Source: Minisyncoccota bacterium
GTDB lineage: Bacteria > Patescibacteriota > Minisyncoccia > Phycocordibacterales > JABAAK01
Length of the DNA: 64,000 bases
Direction of reading: 5' to 3'
Assembly (NCBI GenBank): GCA_965204115.1
Contig: OZ241963.1
Span: 468,622 to 532,621, forward strand
Shown here: piece after piece, positions 54,448-64,000 of the stretch
Layout of the letters: each line of letters starts with the position of its first letter
Numbering within the stretch: position 1 is the stretch's first letter
Position numbers and translations under genes: made by a program
The notes under the pieces: model-generated
Databases searched by the model: none
Seen by the model: only the letters and a program-made list of their open reading frames with translations
What the model was told of the DNA's origin: nothing

Positions 54448-57400
54448 ATGAGTATTACAAATAAAGTAACCATAGGGTTAGTTTCTCTTGCTTTCATCGT
54501 TTCTCTTATCGCTGTCGGTTCTGCAACCGCGGCGGAGGAATGTGATGATGCCTGTTATCAGGCAAAGATTGCGGATCTTCTTGAACAAATCAAGAACCTG
54601 CAGTCTTCGAGTAGTAGTAGTTCACGGACTGCATACTCCTCGTCCACGACGAGTACCGGAAGCAATGCAGCATGTTCATACACATGGACACGAAACCTCT
54701 CCATAGGATCTACTGGTGATGACGTCCGCCAGTTACAACGATTCCTCAATGGTAACCCTCAAACTCAAGTAGCCGCGTCGGGTGTTGGTTCTCCCGGCAA
54801 TGAAACCAGCTACTATGGACCTGCAACCGCTCGAGCGGTAAGCAAGTTCCAAGAGATGTATGCTGCACAAATCTTGACCCCGCTCGGTCTGACAAAGGGT
54901 ACTGGAGGTTTTTACACCTCAACACGAACACAGGCGAACAAAGTATGCCAGTCAGGCACGGGTAGCAGTTCTGTTTCGGTCAATAGGGCCGGAACACGAT
55001 CAGCGACCACAGCTGCGGTTGTGCGGGTAACGGGTGACGCCCTTGCAGTAACGCCTGGAAATCCAATTAGTGACTCGTATGTTGTGCTTGGCGCGCAACG
55101 AGCACCGTTCACCTCGGTCGTATTGACCGCGGGAACTGATGATGTTCGCATACAAGGCATTCGCATCAAGCGATTCGGCCTTTCTTCATCTGACAACTTC
55201 GACAGCATTGCGTTAGTTGATGCGAACGGTGTGCAAGTTGGCTCCTCTCGATCATTGAACAGTCGGGATGAAGTCAGTTTGGGCAGCAACTTTGTTGTGC
55301 CGGCAAACCGATCAGTAACCCTGGCGATTGTCGCCAATATGATTACTGACGACGCGGACTTCAACTCAGGATCCATTGCGGGTCTTGAAGTTGCTGAAGT
55401 ATCTGCCAACACCCGAGTACAGGGCACCTTCCCGATTCGCGGAGCGGCCCATGTTCTCTCAAGCAGTGTTGACCTGCAGAAAGTTGAAGTTGAAGTGGGT
55501 GGCGGTGGCGGTAGCGTTGAGTTCAATGAGAGCACAGAAGTTGCCTCGATTGACATTGATCTGAGTACCGTAACTGCTGGTGGTGATGATGCCGACAAGG
55601 AAGATGCGTACCTTCGCTCTATCATTCTTGAGCAGGTTGGTAGCGCGGATATTCGAGAAATCGGCGATCTTGAAGTGTTTGTGGATGATGAGACCGTCAA
55701 CCATGTCATCACGGTTGATCGTGACCACTTTATCATCAACTTTGGTGGTAAAGGTGTGTTGATTGAAGAGGGTGATGATGTGGAGATAGTCGTTGAGACG
55801 ACCACCGACCGTGGGTACGAAGAGACCATTCAGTTTGCTGTTGGTAGTCCTTCCGACATCTACATTCTTGGCGCGAGCTACGGCTACGGTCTACCGGTTT
55901 GTTTTGCAGGTGATGATGGTAGCAACACTGGTGGTGACACTGGCGGTGTTGCGTGTGATGGCAGACAGAATGGTAGTGAGACTTGGAAAACCAAGACGAA
56001 CCCCACAAACAAGACGCTCTCGGCAGAGATTTCTTCCGGAGTGGTTGGGAGCGGGAGTCGTCTGAAGCGATTTGAGGATGAGGTTCGATACGGTAACGAC
56101 ATCATCCTCGGTGCATTGTCTGTTGAATTTGAGGGTGAGGATGTGCTGATGGAAGACCTCGTCTTCAAGGTTGAGCTTGATAACTATGACTGGACAAGTG
56201 CTGAAGACAACGCATGGGAAAGTGCTGAAGAAGACACCGTGCGCTTTGACAGCGTGCGTCTGCGAGTAGACGGCGAAGATGTGGCCTACGCTAATGACAG
56301 CGTTGACTTCGACGAGCCGGCTTGTGCTGGTCGTTACAGCAACGATAAGGCCTGTGATGACACTACCACTCCTCCTGCCAGTGATGACGGTCGCCTGACC
56401 GTTGAGTTTGACGGCAGTTTCACGGTTGATGTCCGTGAGGATCGCGAGGTTATCTTTGAGATTGTTGCCGACCTTGACGAGGCGTGGAGTCACTTTGAAG
56501 GTACTAATGTTGAATTCACCCTTACCGATGTGGGTACCGCTGAAGGGTTGAATTCTGAGCGTGACTACACCGCAACCGGTGAGTTCTTCGCGTCTGACCG
56601 TGACTTTGAGGATGTGAGCATTGAAGGTAATGAAGTCACCTTCACGATCAGTGACGACGGCGTGGACGGCGAAAGCTTCGTCAAAGGTGCTAATAGCGTT
56701 GTCTTTGGTACGCTGGAGATTGACGCGAAAGGCGCGATTGACGACATAGAGATGCGTAATCTTTATGTGAGCTTCACAGTTCCTGCTGACACTGGCGACA
56801 CTGCGGATACCCAGAAGACAGGTAATCTGGAACACCTTGATCACTGTCGTATTCTTGACGCTGGTGGTGATGAGATTGCGGACAGCCGTGGCGTGAGTGG
56901 GAAGAATGAGAGCGTAATTCCTGATCCAGCAAGTGCGCCTACTACGTATACACAGGATGCCTTGGTAACCGATCGAGCGCGATTCCGATTTAACAGCTAT
57001 GTTGTTGAGGCGGGTGAGCGCGAGCGCGTTGATATCGTCTGTGATATTAATGACAGGGCGACGCCTGCCGATGAGTATCAGATTATTGTGAATTCAAGCG
57101 CGACTGAATTGAGAGACCAAGACCGCGTAGAGTACCGAATTGGTCGCAGTGACGAAGAGAAAAAGCTTACCAATGCGGATAACTCTTCGCTCATTACCGT
57201 TGACAGTCATGGTATCCTCAAGATCGCGACAGCCAACCCTGATGATAATATAGCCCTGATGGCAGTGGCAACCGGTAGAAGTGGTGCTGATAACATCGCG
57301 GTGCTTGAGATTGAGCTTGAAGCAGACAAGGAGGATATAGAGATTGTTGATGTCTACCTTGGACTTCCGGGAACCCTTGGCGGAGGAACTTCTCTCGGTT

Positions 57401-58398
57401 CTTCTCACGATGCTGCGGGTACGACTGAAGGTAGGGAAGCGTTAGAGAAGGTGTTTGACCGCTTCACCCTGAAGCTCGGCAACACTACTGCTGATGCGGA
57501 TGACTATACTGCAGAAAAGACCTTTACCAGTACTGAATATGTCAACCGAGCCACTGCCGGTAGTGGTGGTGTTGCTCTGGCTGACATTTCAAGTCTGCGC
57601 CTTGTCAAGTTTGATGGTGTGAATGAGACGGTGCAGGACGGTGATGATAATGCCAGGAAGTTTGACCTGACGGTTGACTTTAACGGTATTGACAAGAACG
57701 ACGGTGTTGCCGGTGAGTTCCTCACAGCTGCCAAGTTGTATGTTGTGTGGGAAGGTGATGATAGTGGAACCACCAACCTCACCGTATACCCGGTGGCGAG
57801 TGGTGGTACTATAGATGGTGATGTTACCAAAGCGCTGGCGTTCCCGACGGTGCCTATTGTCTCCTCAACCTCCGGAACCGGTGATGAAGGTAGCGGAAAG
57901 CTTTATGAGTTTACCGTTGCCGCTGATGACGAAGGTGATGTGTACCTCGGTCAAGTCGCACTTAAGGTGGATCTTGATAATGGTGTGACGGTGGCTCACA
58001 CTGGTGCTGACAATGACATTGAGGTTCGCCGAGGCACCTCGAAGAGTGGAAAGTTGGTTGCAAGTGTTGAGATAGGATCTGTTGATGAGATTGTGTTTGA
58101 TGCAGTTGAAGAAATTGGTGCTGGCGAGAGTCAGGTTTACTCTGTGTGGGCTAACACTATCACGCCACACGCAACCAATAATAATCAAAGCATCAAGGTT
58201 CAATTGCTTGTTGATAATACGAATCCAGGAGGCGCATCAATTGGTCGAACGTTTGATAGTCTTAGTATCGCCAACTTTATTTGGTCGCCGAACACCTTGG
58301 ACAAAGATGGATCTAAAGCTTCCGACAACACTGATTGGTTCTCCGGATGGGGCATCTTTGAATCGTTTGATGTTAGCAGGTGGACAACTGACGTATAG
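54448..58398 (+). CDS. Giant secreted acidic protein with an N-terminal coiled-coil and a PG_binding_1-like domain
   Basis: Signal peptide. DDVRQLQRFLNGNPQTQVAASGVGSPGNETSYYGPATARAVSKFQEMY is a peptidoglycan-binding-like fold. The following roughly 1100 aa are D/E/T/V-rich beta repeats. Confidence 0.7.
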   Translation: MSITNKVTIGLVSLAFIVSLIAVGSATAAEECDDACYQAKIADLLEQIKNLQSSSSSSSRTAYSSSTTSTGSNAACSYTWTRNLSIGSTGDDVRQLQRFLNGNPQTQVAASGVGSPGNETSYYGPATARAVSKFQEMYAAQILTPLGLTKGTGGFYTSTRTQANKVCQSGTGSSSVSVNRAGTRSATTAAVVRVTGDALAVTPGNPISDSYVVLGAQRAPFTSVVLTAGTDDVRIQGIRIKRFGLSSSDNFDSIALVDANGVQVGSSRSLNSRDEVSLGSNFVVPANRSVTLAIVANMITDDADFNSGSIAGLEVAEVSANTRVQGTFPIRGAAHVLSSSVDLQKVEVEVGGGGGSVEFNESTEVASIDIDLSTVTAGGDDADKEDAYLRSIILEQVGSADIREIGDLEVFVDDETVNHVITVDRDHFIINFGGKGVLIEEGDDVEIVVETTTDRGYEETIQFAVGSPSDIYILGASYGYGLPVCFAGDDGSNTGGDTGGVACDGRQNGSETWKTKTNPTNKTLSAEISSGVVGSGSRLKRFEDEVRYGNDIILGALSVEFEGEDVLMEDLVFKVELDNYDWTSAEDNAWESAEEDTVRFDSVRLRVDGEDVAYANDSVDFDEPACAGRYSNDKACDDTTTPPASDDGRLTVEFDGSFTVDVREDREVIFEIVADLDEAWSHFEGTNVEFTLTDVGTAEGLNSERDYTATGEFFASDRDFEDVSIEGNEVTFTISDDGVDGESFVKGANSVVFGTLEIDAKGAIDDIEMRNLYVSFTVPADTGDTADTQKTGNLEHLDHCRILDAGGDEIADSRGVSGKNESVIPDPASAPTTYTQDALVTDRARFRFNSYVVEAGERERVDIVCDINDRATPADEYQIIVNSSATELRDQDRVEYRIGRSDEEKKLTNADNSSLITVDSHGILKIATANPDDNIALMAVATGRSGADNIAVLEIELEADKEDIEIVDVYLGLPGTLGGGTSLGSSHDAAGTTEGREALEKVFDRFTLKLGNTTADADDYTAEKTFTSTEYVNRATAGSGGVALADISSLRLVKFDGVNETVQDGDDNARKFDLTVDFNGIDKNDGVAGEFLTAAKLYVVWEGDDSGTTNLTVYPVASGGTIDGDVTKALAFPTVPIVSSTSGTGDEGSGKLYEFTVAADDEGDVYLGQVALKVDLDNGVTVAHTGADNDIEVRRGTSKSGKLVASVEIGSVDEIVFDAVEEIGAGESQVYSVWANTITPHATNNNQSIKVQLLVDNTNPGGASIGRTFDSLSIANFIWSPNTLDKDGSKASDNTDWFSGWGIFESFDVSRWTTDV

Positions 58399-58472
58399 TA
58401 ACAGAGAGCTGACATAGCAACGACAACACAAAATTTGTTCTTACCTAAAAAATAAGAACAAAGAACCCAAAA

Positions 58473-58512
58473 CCCCCCACCCCCTTCATTGCGGGTGGGG
58501 GCTTTGGTTTTG
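58473..58512 (+). terminator. Rho-independent terminator after the giant gene
   Basis: CCCCCACCCC-CTTCATTGC-GGGTGGGGG hairpin plus CTTTGGTTTTG. Confidence 0.6.
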
Positions 58513-58597
58513 TATATTATAGCCGTAGTATTTACTTGAATTCGTGCTTGATTATTTGGCGTTTGTGTTATTCCTCCGCTTTGTGTATAGTGATTGT

Positions 58598-59287
58598 ATG
58601 AGTAAACAGAGAAGAAATATGAAGTACTGGAAGGGGATTGTGGCAGCTAAGGATGCAAAAAATGAAAAATTGGAGGAAAGGGTTCAATCTCTTTCAGAGG
58701 ATAATGAGTCACTTTACAAGGAGTGTTCGGATAAAGATGGTGAGATAAATTCCCTCAGAGATAGTGTTGCGTCAAAAGATACTAAGATTGAGGAACTGGT
58801 TGCTGAAAATAATTTTTTGAAAGAGGAGGCAGACAGTTTTCAGACGAAAAGATTAGCCGATGCTTTCGAAAAGGCTGGTGTTGAGTATGAGGGGGACTCT
58901 AAGAGGTGGCTTCATGTCACTGCGTTTATGTTGCTGCTTGCTTTTGCTGTTGCCTTACTTTGTTTTCATTATTCTATTGTGTATAGCATTAATTGGGAGG
59001 GTAGGCTGTACTTACTGCCTGTTTCTGGTGTGGTGGTTTACGCCCTCTATTTTTGTGCCAGGCAGTATTCTTTATACAGAAACTTGTGTATTGACATGAA
59101 GCATAGGCAGGTTTTGGCGCAGAGTTATTACAATATACTCAGAAGTACGGAGGATGAGGAGATCCGACCTATACTTGCCAGCAAAGTCGTTGAGTTTATA
59201 ACAACACCCCCGCACACAAAAGAAGACAAGATGGGAACCCCACTTGAAATCATTACGGACATCGCGAGCAAAGGTATGAGTAAATAA
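58598..59287 (+). CDS. Hypothetical coiled-coil membrane protein
   Basis: N-terminal coiled-coil of about 100 aa, then two TM helices. Confidence 0.4.
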   Translation: MSKQRRNMKYWKGIVAAKDAKNEKLEERVQSLSEDNESLYKECSDKDGEINSLRDSVASKDTKIEELVAENNFLKEEADSFQTKRLADAFEKAGVEYEGDSKRWLHVTAFMLLLAFAVALLCFHYSIVYSINWEGRLYLLPVSGVVVYALYFCARQYSLYRNLCIDMKHRQVLAQSYYNILRSTEDEEIRPILASKVVEFITTPPHTKEDKMGTPLEIITDIASKGMSK

Positions 59288-59321
59288 TGCGGCTTCGTGG
59301 AGTGTGTTATACTTCCTGCAC

Positions 59322-59633
59322 ATGAGTAACAGGCTGAAAAGTGCATTGCTTTTTATTGGGGCTGCGTTTCTCTTGTTTGCGCTTGTCGATGGTTTGCCGT
59401 ATGGGTACTTTACGCTGTTGCGGTTTGTTGTGTGTGCTGTGTCGGTCGGCGTTGCGGCGTTTTCGTATAAGATGGAGAAGATGTGGGTGGTTTGGCTGTT
59501 TGGTTTTGTCGCTGTGCTGTTCAATCCGTTGATACCGATACACCTCACTCGTGAGATATGGGTTGTTATAGATGTCGCCATTGCAGCACTCTTTGTCGCC
59601 TCGGCATTCTTACTGCGATCAAAAGATAAGTAG
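59322..59633 (+). CDS. Hypothetical small membrane protein
   Basis: Three predicted TM helices. 104 aa. Confidence 0.4.
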   Translation: MSNRLKSALLFIGAAFLLFALVDGLPYGYFTLLRFVVCAVSVGVAAFSYKMEKMWVVWLFGFVAVLFNPLIPIHLTREIWVVIDVAIAALFVASAFLLRSKDK

Positions 59634-59750
59634 CGTCTAAGGTGTGTTGGCGGGGTTTCAAGCGTGGTTTTATTAGGCAGATATCCTCTTTTGGGGTGCT
59701 TGGGGTTGAGGTGAAATAAAGGGATTATACTGTTTATAGAAACACATTAT

Positions 59751-60941
59751 ATGAGCAAAATAGAATTTATAAATAAAGAAAACTTGCAGTGGGCACGTCA
59801 GCGATCTGGGTTTGATTTTCCTCACATATACAAGAAAGCTGCTTGGAGTCCTGATACAGAGAAAATACAAAAGTGGGAGAGTGGAGAGGGTTTTCCGACT
59901 ATAAGTGAGTTGCGAAAACTTGGAGAGGTATACAAGCGTCCGTGGGTGCTTTTTATACTCAAGGAGAATGTGAATCGTCTCGGCTTTAAACCTCTGGAAT
60001 TCAGAAAGATATTTGGTGTGGGGCAGGCGATGACGCTTGCACCGCCAGCCCTGTTTGAGTTTTTGAATGAATTAAAAAACAGGCAGGATTTTTTAATAGA
60101 ATTTGCTGCAGATCTTGACCTGGAGGACAATTCGTTGGTCGGTTCGTGTCAAGGTGTGAATGATAAGAAAACCGTTGCAAGAAAAATTATTTCCCATACC
60201 GGAATTGATATGGCTACTTTTCGGGAAAAGCAGACACGGCGGGAGGGATTTAATTATCTGGTGGAATGCCTCGAAAGAAAAAATATTTTTGTTTCGCTGA
60301 CTGGCTTTCATCATCGCAAAGACATTCCTCTTGAGCAGATGCGAGGAGTTTTATTGAATTCTGATGTGGCGCCGATTATTGGGATTAACGCAAAGAATGA
60401 ATCCTATGGGGCGAAAATTTTTACCATCTTTCATGAGCTTGTGCATTTATTCAGAGGAGATTCGTTTAATGGAGGTGCGGAGATTACAAAAATTAATTTT
60501 CGCAACAAGGTAGACGCTAAGAATGATAAGGAGTCTTTTTGTGATAGTGTTGCTGCGTTTATTCTTGTGCCAGACGATGAGCTAAGGAATATTGATGGTC
60601 CTATTGGAAAGGAATTAATTGAGCAAGAGTGTAAGAGGTTAAAGGTTAACCATCAGCCGTTGTTGTATAGGATGCAAGATTTTGGGCTGTTGGATCGGAA
60701 GGAGGTTGGTGAACTGTTGCGTAAACTTAAAGAAGACAAGATAGATTCACTCAAGAAGTCCCAAGACGAAGGGAAGGAAGGTGGTCCTGACGGAGGGTTT
60801 CTCAAAATGCTGCAAAATGGTAGGGCATTTGTGCATGCTGTTAATGCGGTGTACTCTCAAGGAAGGATAACCTTTACGCAGGCGCTTAATGTTCTTGGCG
60901 TAAAAGCGAAAACCTATAAGAAGTTCGCCGCCAGCATATGA
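59751..60941 (+). CDS. XRE-type HTH plus ImmA/IrrE family metallopeptidase (DUF955)
   Basis: N-terminal HTH region. HEXXH motif IFHELVHLF with a downstream Asp/Glu. Confidence 0.75.
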   Translation: MSKIEFINKENLQWARQRSGFDFPHIYKKAAWSPDTEKIQKWESGEGFPTISELRKLGEVYKRPWVLFILKENVNRLGFKPLEFRKIFGVGQAMTLAPPALFEFLNELKNRQDFLIEFAADLDLEDNSLVGSCQGVNDKKTVARKIISHTGIDMATFREKQTRREGFNYLVECLERKNIFVSLTGFHHRKDIPLEQMRGVLLNSDVAPIIGINAKNESYGAKIFTIFHELVHLFRGDSFNGGAEITKINFRNKVDAKNDKESFCDSVAAFILVPDDELRNIDGPIGKELIEQECKRLKVNHQPLLYRMQDFGLLDRKEVGELLRKLKEDKIDSLKKSQDEGKEGGPDGGFLKMLQNGRAFVHAVNAVYSQGRITFTQALNVLGVKAKTYKKFAASI

Positions 60942-61459
60942 GTACTGGATTGGAAAAATATTGTCTTGACACAAACTGCTTTATTGAGCCGTGGAATAGT
61001 TTTTATTCTTACAAATCACATAAGTCGTACTGGGAAGATTTTGTACTGCCAGAGATCACGGCTGGTCGTCTTATTGTGCTGGACGAGGTTTACCAGGAGC
61101 TTTCGCGAAAGGGGGATGATTTGTTTAAGTGGTTGAAAGGGCATAAGATCAAGGACAGTGGTGTAGTTATAGAGACAGACGTGGATCTCGCTTTACAAGT
61201 GCAAGATCTTTTGGAGAAGTACCCGAGACTGGTTGATAGTAGGAGAGGTCGGTCAGCCGCTGATCCTTTTTTGGTAGAGTATGCGAAGGGAAACGCTGTT
61301 CCTCTCATTACTCTTGAGATGCCGAGTGGTAACCTGGATAAACCAAAGATTCCTGATGTTTGTAAAGCGGAATCAGCTGAGTGTATTAGTTTTTATGAGT
61401 ATATTGACAGGGTGGGTATCTCATTTAAGGTTGAGCAGAGTAAAAAGAAGGGAAGGTAG
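60938..61459 (+). CDS. DUF4411-like PIN-domain protein; partner of the ImmA/IrrE gene
   Basis: N-terminal CLDTNCFIEPW (the PIN Asp is first in a D-T-N motif) and acidic residues D/E downstream. Start overlaps the upstream stop (ATGA). Confidence 0.55.
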   Translation: MSTGLEKYCLDTNCFIEPWNSFYSYKSHKSYWEDFVLPEITAGRLIVLDEVYQELSRKGDDLFKWLKGHKIKDSGVVIETDVDLALQVQDLLEKYPRLVDSRRGRSAADPFLVEYAKGNAVPLITLEMPSGNLDKPKIPDVCKAESAECISFYEYIDRVGISFKVEQSKKKGR

Positions 61460-61552
61460 TAGACTTTAGAATATCCTTGAGTGTGGGTGGTGGGAAGTGT
61501 TGGTTTTCCACGGGGGTAGGGGGGTTTGTGGGGTGTGTTATACTTTTAGCAT

Positions 61553-62701
61553 ATGGAAGGAAAAAAGATTGGGGCAATTGTTATTATTTTAATTATTTTG
61601 GCGGTGGGATACTCTTTGTTGCGGGGAGGCGATCCGACGGGTGACGATGATGGTGTTATTACCATCGGGTTTATCGGTCCGTTGACGGGGGATGCGGTGA
61701 GTTATGGTGAGCCGATCAGTAATAGTGTGCGTATGGCGGTTGATGTTGTTAACGAGGCCGGTGGTGTGAATGGTCGGATGATTGAGGTTGTTTATGAGGA
61801 TGGTCGGTGTACGAGTGAGGATGCCCTGAACGCGGCGCAAAAATTGGTGAATATTGACGGTGTGAAAATGATTATTGGTGGTGTGTGTAGCGGAGAGACC
61901 TTTGCTCTGCTGCCGGTTGCTGAAGAGGCGGGGGTGGTTGTTATCTCGCCGTCGTCAACGAGTCCTGATTTGACCGGGATCAGTCCGTATTTCTTCCGAA
62001 ACGCTCCGTCTGATGATGAAGGCGGCAGACGGCTTGCGCAGCTTGCGACGAAGGACTATACAAAGATTGCGCTTATTTCTGAGGAGACCGATTATGCACA
62101 GGGATTTGCGCGGGTGTTTCGGGAATCCGTGTTTCTGAACGATGGGGAGGTTGTCGCTGACGAGAACTTTGCGCCGGAGACCTCTGACTTCAGGAGTATT
62201 TTGACAAAAATCAAGGCAGCAGCGCCGGAAGCGATATTTGTGAACCCGCAGACAGAGATAGCCGGGGGTACTATCGTCAAACAGGCGCGAGAGCTCGGCA
62301 TCACGGCATCACTCTTTGGGTCTAATGTGACCGGTGGTGCTCGGTCAGCGGAGATTGCCGGAGATCACACAGAAGGACTGGTGTTTGTTGATGCGCCGGG
62401 GCTCAGTCCGGATAACCCGAAGGCGGTCGCATTTCTTGATGGGTATCGCACGCGTTATGGCGGTGAGCCGGGTATAGAGTTCTATGCCGGTTCAGCGCAT
62501 GATATTGTTTCCATTTTCGCGCAGGCGATAGAGATGGCCGGCTCAGCAGACGACACTGAGGTACTTCGTGATTATATCAGCACTATGGGGAACTTTAACG
62601 GTGTTGTCGGCAGTTACCGCTTCCGACCTGACGGCGATCCTGAAGGTATTGAGTTTATTGTGAAGCGAATTGAAGGAGGAGAGGTTGTGGTGGTGGAATA
62701 G
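61553..62701 (+). CDS. ABC transporter substrate-binding protein, branched-chain amino acid (LivJ/K, Peripla_BP_6) family
   Basis: Signal anchor. ITIGFIGPLTGDAVSYGEP...VNEAGGVNGR..EVVYEDGRC... is a typical Leu/Ile/Val-binding protein N-terminus. Confidence 0.8.
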   Translation: MEGKKIGAIVIILIILAVGYSLLRGGDPTGDDDGVITIGFIGPLTGDAVSYGEPISNSVRMAVDVVNEAGGVNGRMIEVVYEDGRCTSEDALNAAQKLVNIDGVKMIIGGVCSGETFALLPVAEEAGVVVISPSSTSPDLTGISPYFFRNAPSDDEGGRRLAQLATKDYTKIALISEETDYAQGFARVFRESVFLNDGEVVADENFAPETSDFRSILTKIKAAAPEAIFVNPQTEIAGGTIVKQARELGITASLFGSNVTGGARSAEIAGDHTEGLVFVDAPGLSPDNPKAVAFLDGYRTRYGGEPGIEFYAGSAHDIVSIFAQAIEMAGSADDTEVLRDYISTMGNFNGVVGSYRFRPDGDPEGIEFIVKRIEGGEVVVVE

Positions 62702-62728
62702 GGCACTCTTTTTCTCGTGTTATAAAAA

Positions 62729-62762
62729 TCACCAAGCGCACAGCTTGGTGGTTTTTGTTTTA
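62729..62762 (+). terminator. Rho-independent terminator
   Basis: CACCAAGC-GCAC-AGCTTGGTG followed by GTTTTTGTTTT. Confidence 0.65.
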
Positions 62763-62867
62763 TGGGGACACCTCCTTGACTTTTGTCGGTACTCTCGGTA
62801 CTGTATAGGTAGTGCCTGGTGATATGTGTTTTTGGTTAGTTCATAACCATAAATGGAGGTTGACGAT

Positions 62868-63251
62868 ATGAGTCGGAGAAAAGCTGGACAGATGATCAGT
62901 GTGTTTACCATGTTGCTTGTTACCCTTCTCGCCGTGGCACTGCGCAGTGATAGTGTTGTGCATAGTCTTTTTGGTGTTTCGGCGATCGGAGTGCTTGCGT
63001 TTCTTTGCGGGTTTTTCTTGCTTAAGACGTTCTTCTCGTTTGGGGAGGTGTGTAAAAGATCACTCCATGGACTTTTAAAGGCGGGATATGTCCTTTGTTT
63101 TGCGCTCATCCTTATGATCCTTGCTGTTACTTGCGTCGGGGAATCTCCGGATCGCAATTCTGGTTTTTTGGTTGCGACGCTTTCTTTTGCCGGCGGCATG
63201 TTGATACATGAGGTGTCGCAGACTGATATTCATGGTGGTGGGTGGGTGTAG
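62868..63251 (+). CDS. Hypothetical membrane protein
   Basis: GGAGG 7 nt upstream of ATG. About four TM helices. 127 aa. Confidence 0.35.
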   Translation: MSRRKAGQMISVFTMLLVTLLAVALRSDSVVHSLFGVSAIGVLAFLCGFFLLKTFFSFGEVCKRSLHGLLKAGYVLCFALILMILAVTCVGESPDRNSGFLVATLSFAGGMLIHEVSQTDIHGGGWV

Positions 63252-63261
63252 CCACTTTTTT

Positions 63262-63296
63262 GCGGCAAGCGCTTTGCTTGCCGCTTCTTTTTTGTG
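63262..63296 (+). terminator. Rho-independent terminator
   Basis: GCGGCAAGC-GCTTT-GCTTGCCGC followed by TTCTTTTTTGTG. Confidence 0.65.
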
Positions 63297-63654
63297 CTTG
63301 ATGGTATAAGAAAAACCCGCACCTTAGTGCGGATTTTTATTTTTCTCTCTTATTTTTCTCATGACACCTTTTGTTATTCGTTTTTTTACCCAAAGGTGTC
63401 GTATTTCAAAGATTGCTCTGAAGCAGGTTCTCTTAATGATATATTTAATGCCCAAGTGCTCCACCTCAAAGCACACTTTGTCTATAGCTCTATACATTTT
63501 TTCTATCACTCTCATCTCTCACCTCCTGTCTATGTTATACCATATATATATTTTTTTGCAAGTAATTCTGGCGATGCCCTGCATATATACAGTAAAAAGG
63601 GCTTCCTCGAGAGAGGATAGCCCTTTTTGCTGAAAAACCTTTAGAATAAATGGT

Positions 63655-63996
63655 TTATTGGTTGCTTTTTGCAAGCAAGGCAGCAAGTTCTGCCTGCAAA
63701 CGAAGTAACTTCTGCTCAATTCGTTTTATCTTCTCAGCATTCCCTTGTTGATTAGAATTCCGTAAAGCAGCAATTTCTTTACCCAGCTGATCTACCTCAC
63801 CTCTAATTCGCTCTCTCTCAACTCCGTCATCCTGCTGCTCTATATGACGACCATGTTCCTCAACGGGACATCCACGAATCGGCGAGGTTTCTGCAACATC
63901 AGAACCATCCTCCTTCGTAAAGCCAATCTCGGTTTTCGGCATAATGTTGCGGGTGGTTTGTCCTTCGTTGCCGTCCTCCAGCGTAAACCATACCAA
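63655..63996 (-). CDS. Hypothetical coiled-coil protein; 5' end sits at the window edge
   Basis: 113-aa ORF, acidic N-terminus with a C-terminal coiled-coil. The start lies 4 bp from the window end, so the N-terminus is uncertain. Confidence 0.3.
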   Translation of the reverse strand: MVWFTLEDGNEGQTTRNIMPKTEIGFTKEDGSDVAETSPIRGCPVEEHGRHIEQQDDGVERERIRGEVDQLGKEIAALRNSNQQGNAEKIKRIEQKLLRLQAELAALLAKSNQ

Positions 63997-64000
63997 GCCG

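Overview
This 64-kb window is a bacterial chromosomal segment of about 50% GC. Several traits suggest a Patescibacteria/CPR-like lineage, though this is inference only: an rpsF-ssb-rpsR operon with no rplI, a MetRS whose tRNA-binding domain is a separate gene, an FtsK with a poly-acidic linker, and a RecA with a Lys-rich N-terminal extension. The conserved housekeeping genes are polA (3' end), holA-like, ruvA, rpsT, metG, clpP, hup, a Fe/Mn-SOD-like gene, rluA-family, rpsF-ssb-rpsR, efp, recA, ftsK, tRNA-Lys, tRNA-Ser and tRNA-Val. Between them sits a large accessory load of giant secreted proteins. The most striking block runs from about 28.4 to 40.0 kb. It is a same-strand array of four genes carrying six copies of an unrecognised Cys/His-rich module of about 400 aa. 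One of these genes ends in an FG-GAP beta-propeller, and two end in a His-cluster beta domain. A fifth gene inside the array has no such module; it is an FG-GAP/ASPIC-UnbV protein ending in a textbook dockerin. Upstream, from 13.4 to 28.1 kb, are a protein with thrombospondin type-1 repeats, two giant Cys-rich proteins that share near-identical 300-bp cassettes and SYSP(R/K) pentapeptide microrepeats, and an HExxH lipoprotein peptidase. Next to the TSP1 gene is tRNA-Ser carrying an att-like 85-bp direct duplication. Other accessory items are a class-II Fic gene behind three tandem palindromic operator-like repeats, an AlbA_2/Schlafen-domain gene in inverted orientation between duplicated copies of a terminator hairpin, and an HTH-ImmA/IrrE plus DUF4411 (PIN-like) pair. 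No CRISPR array, rRNA, transposase or integrase was recognised.
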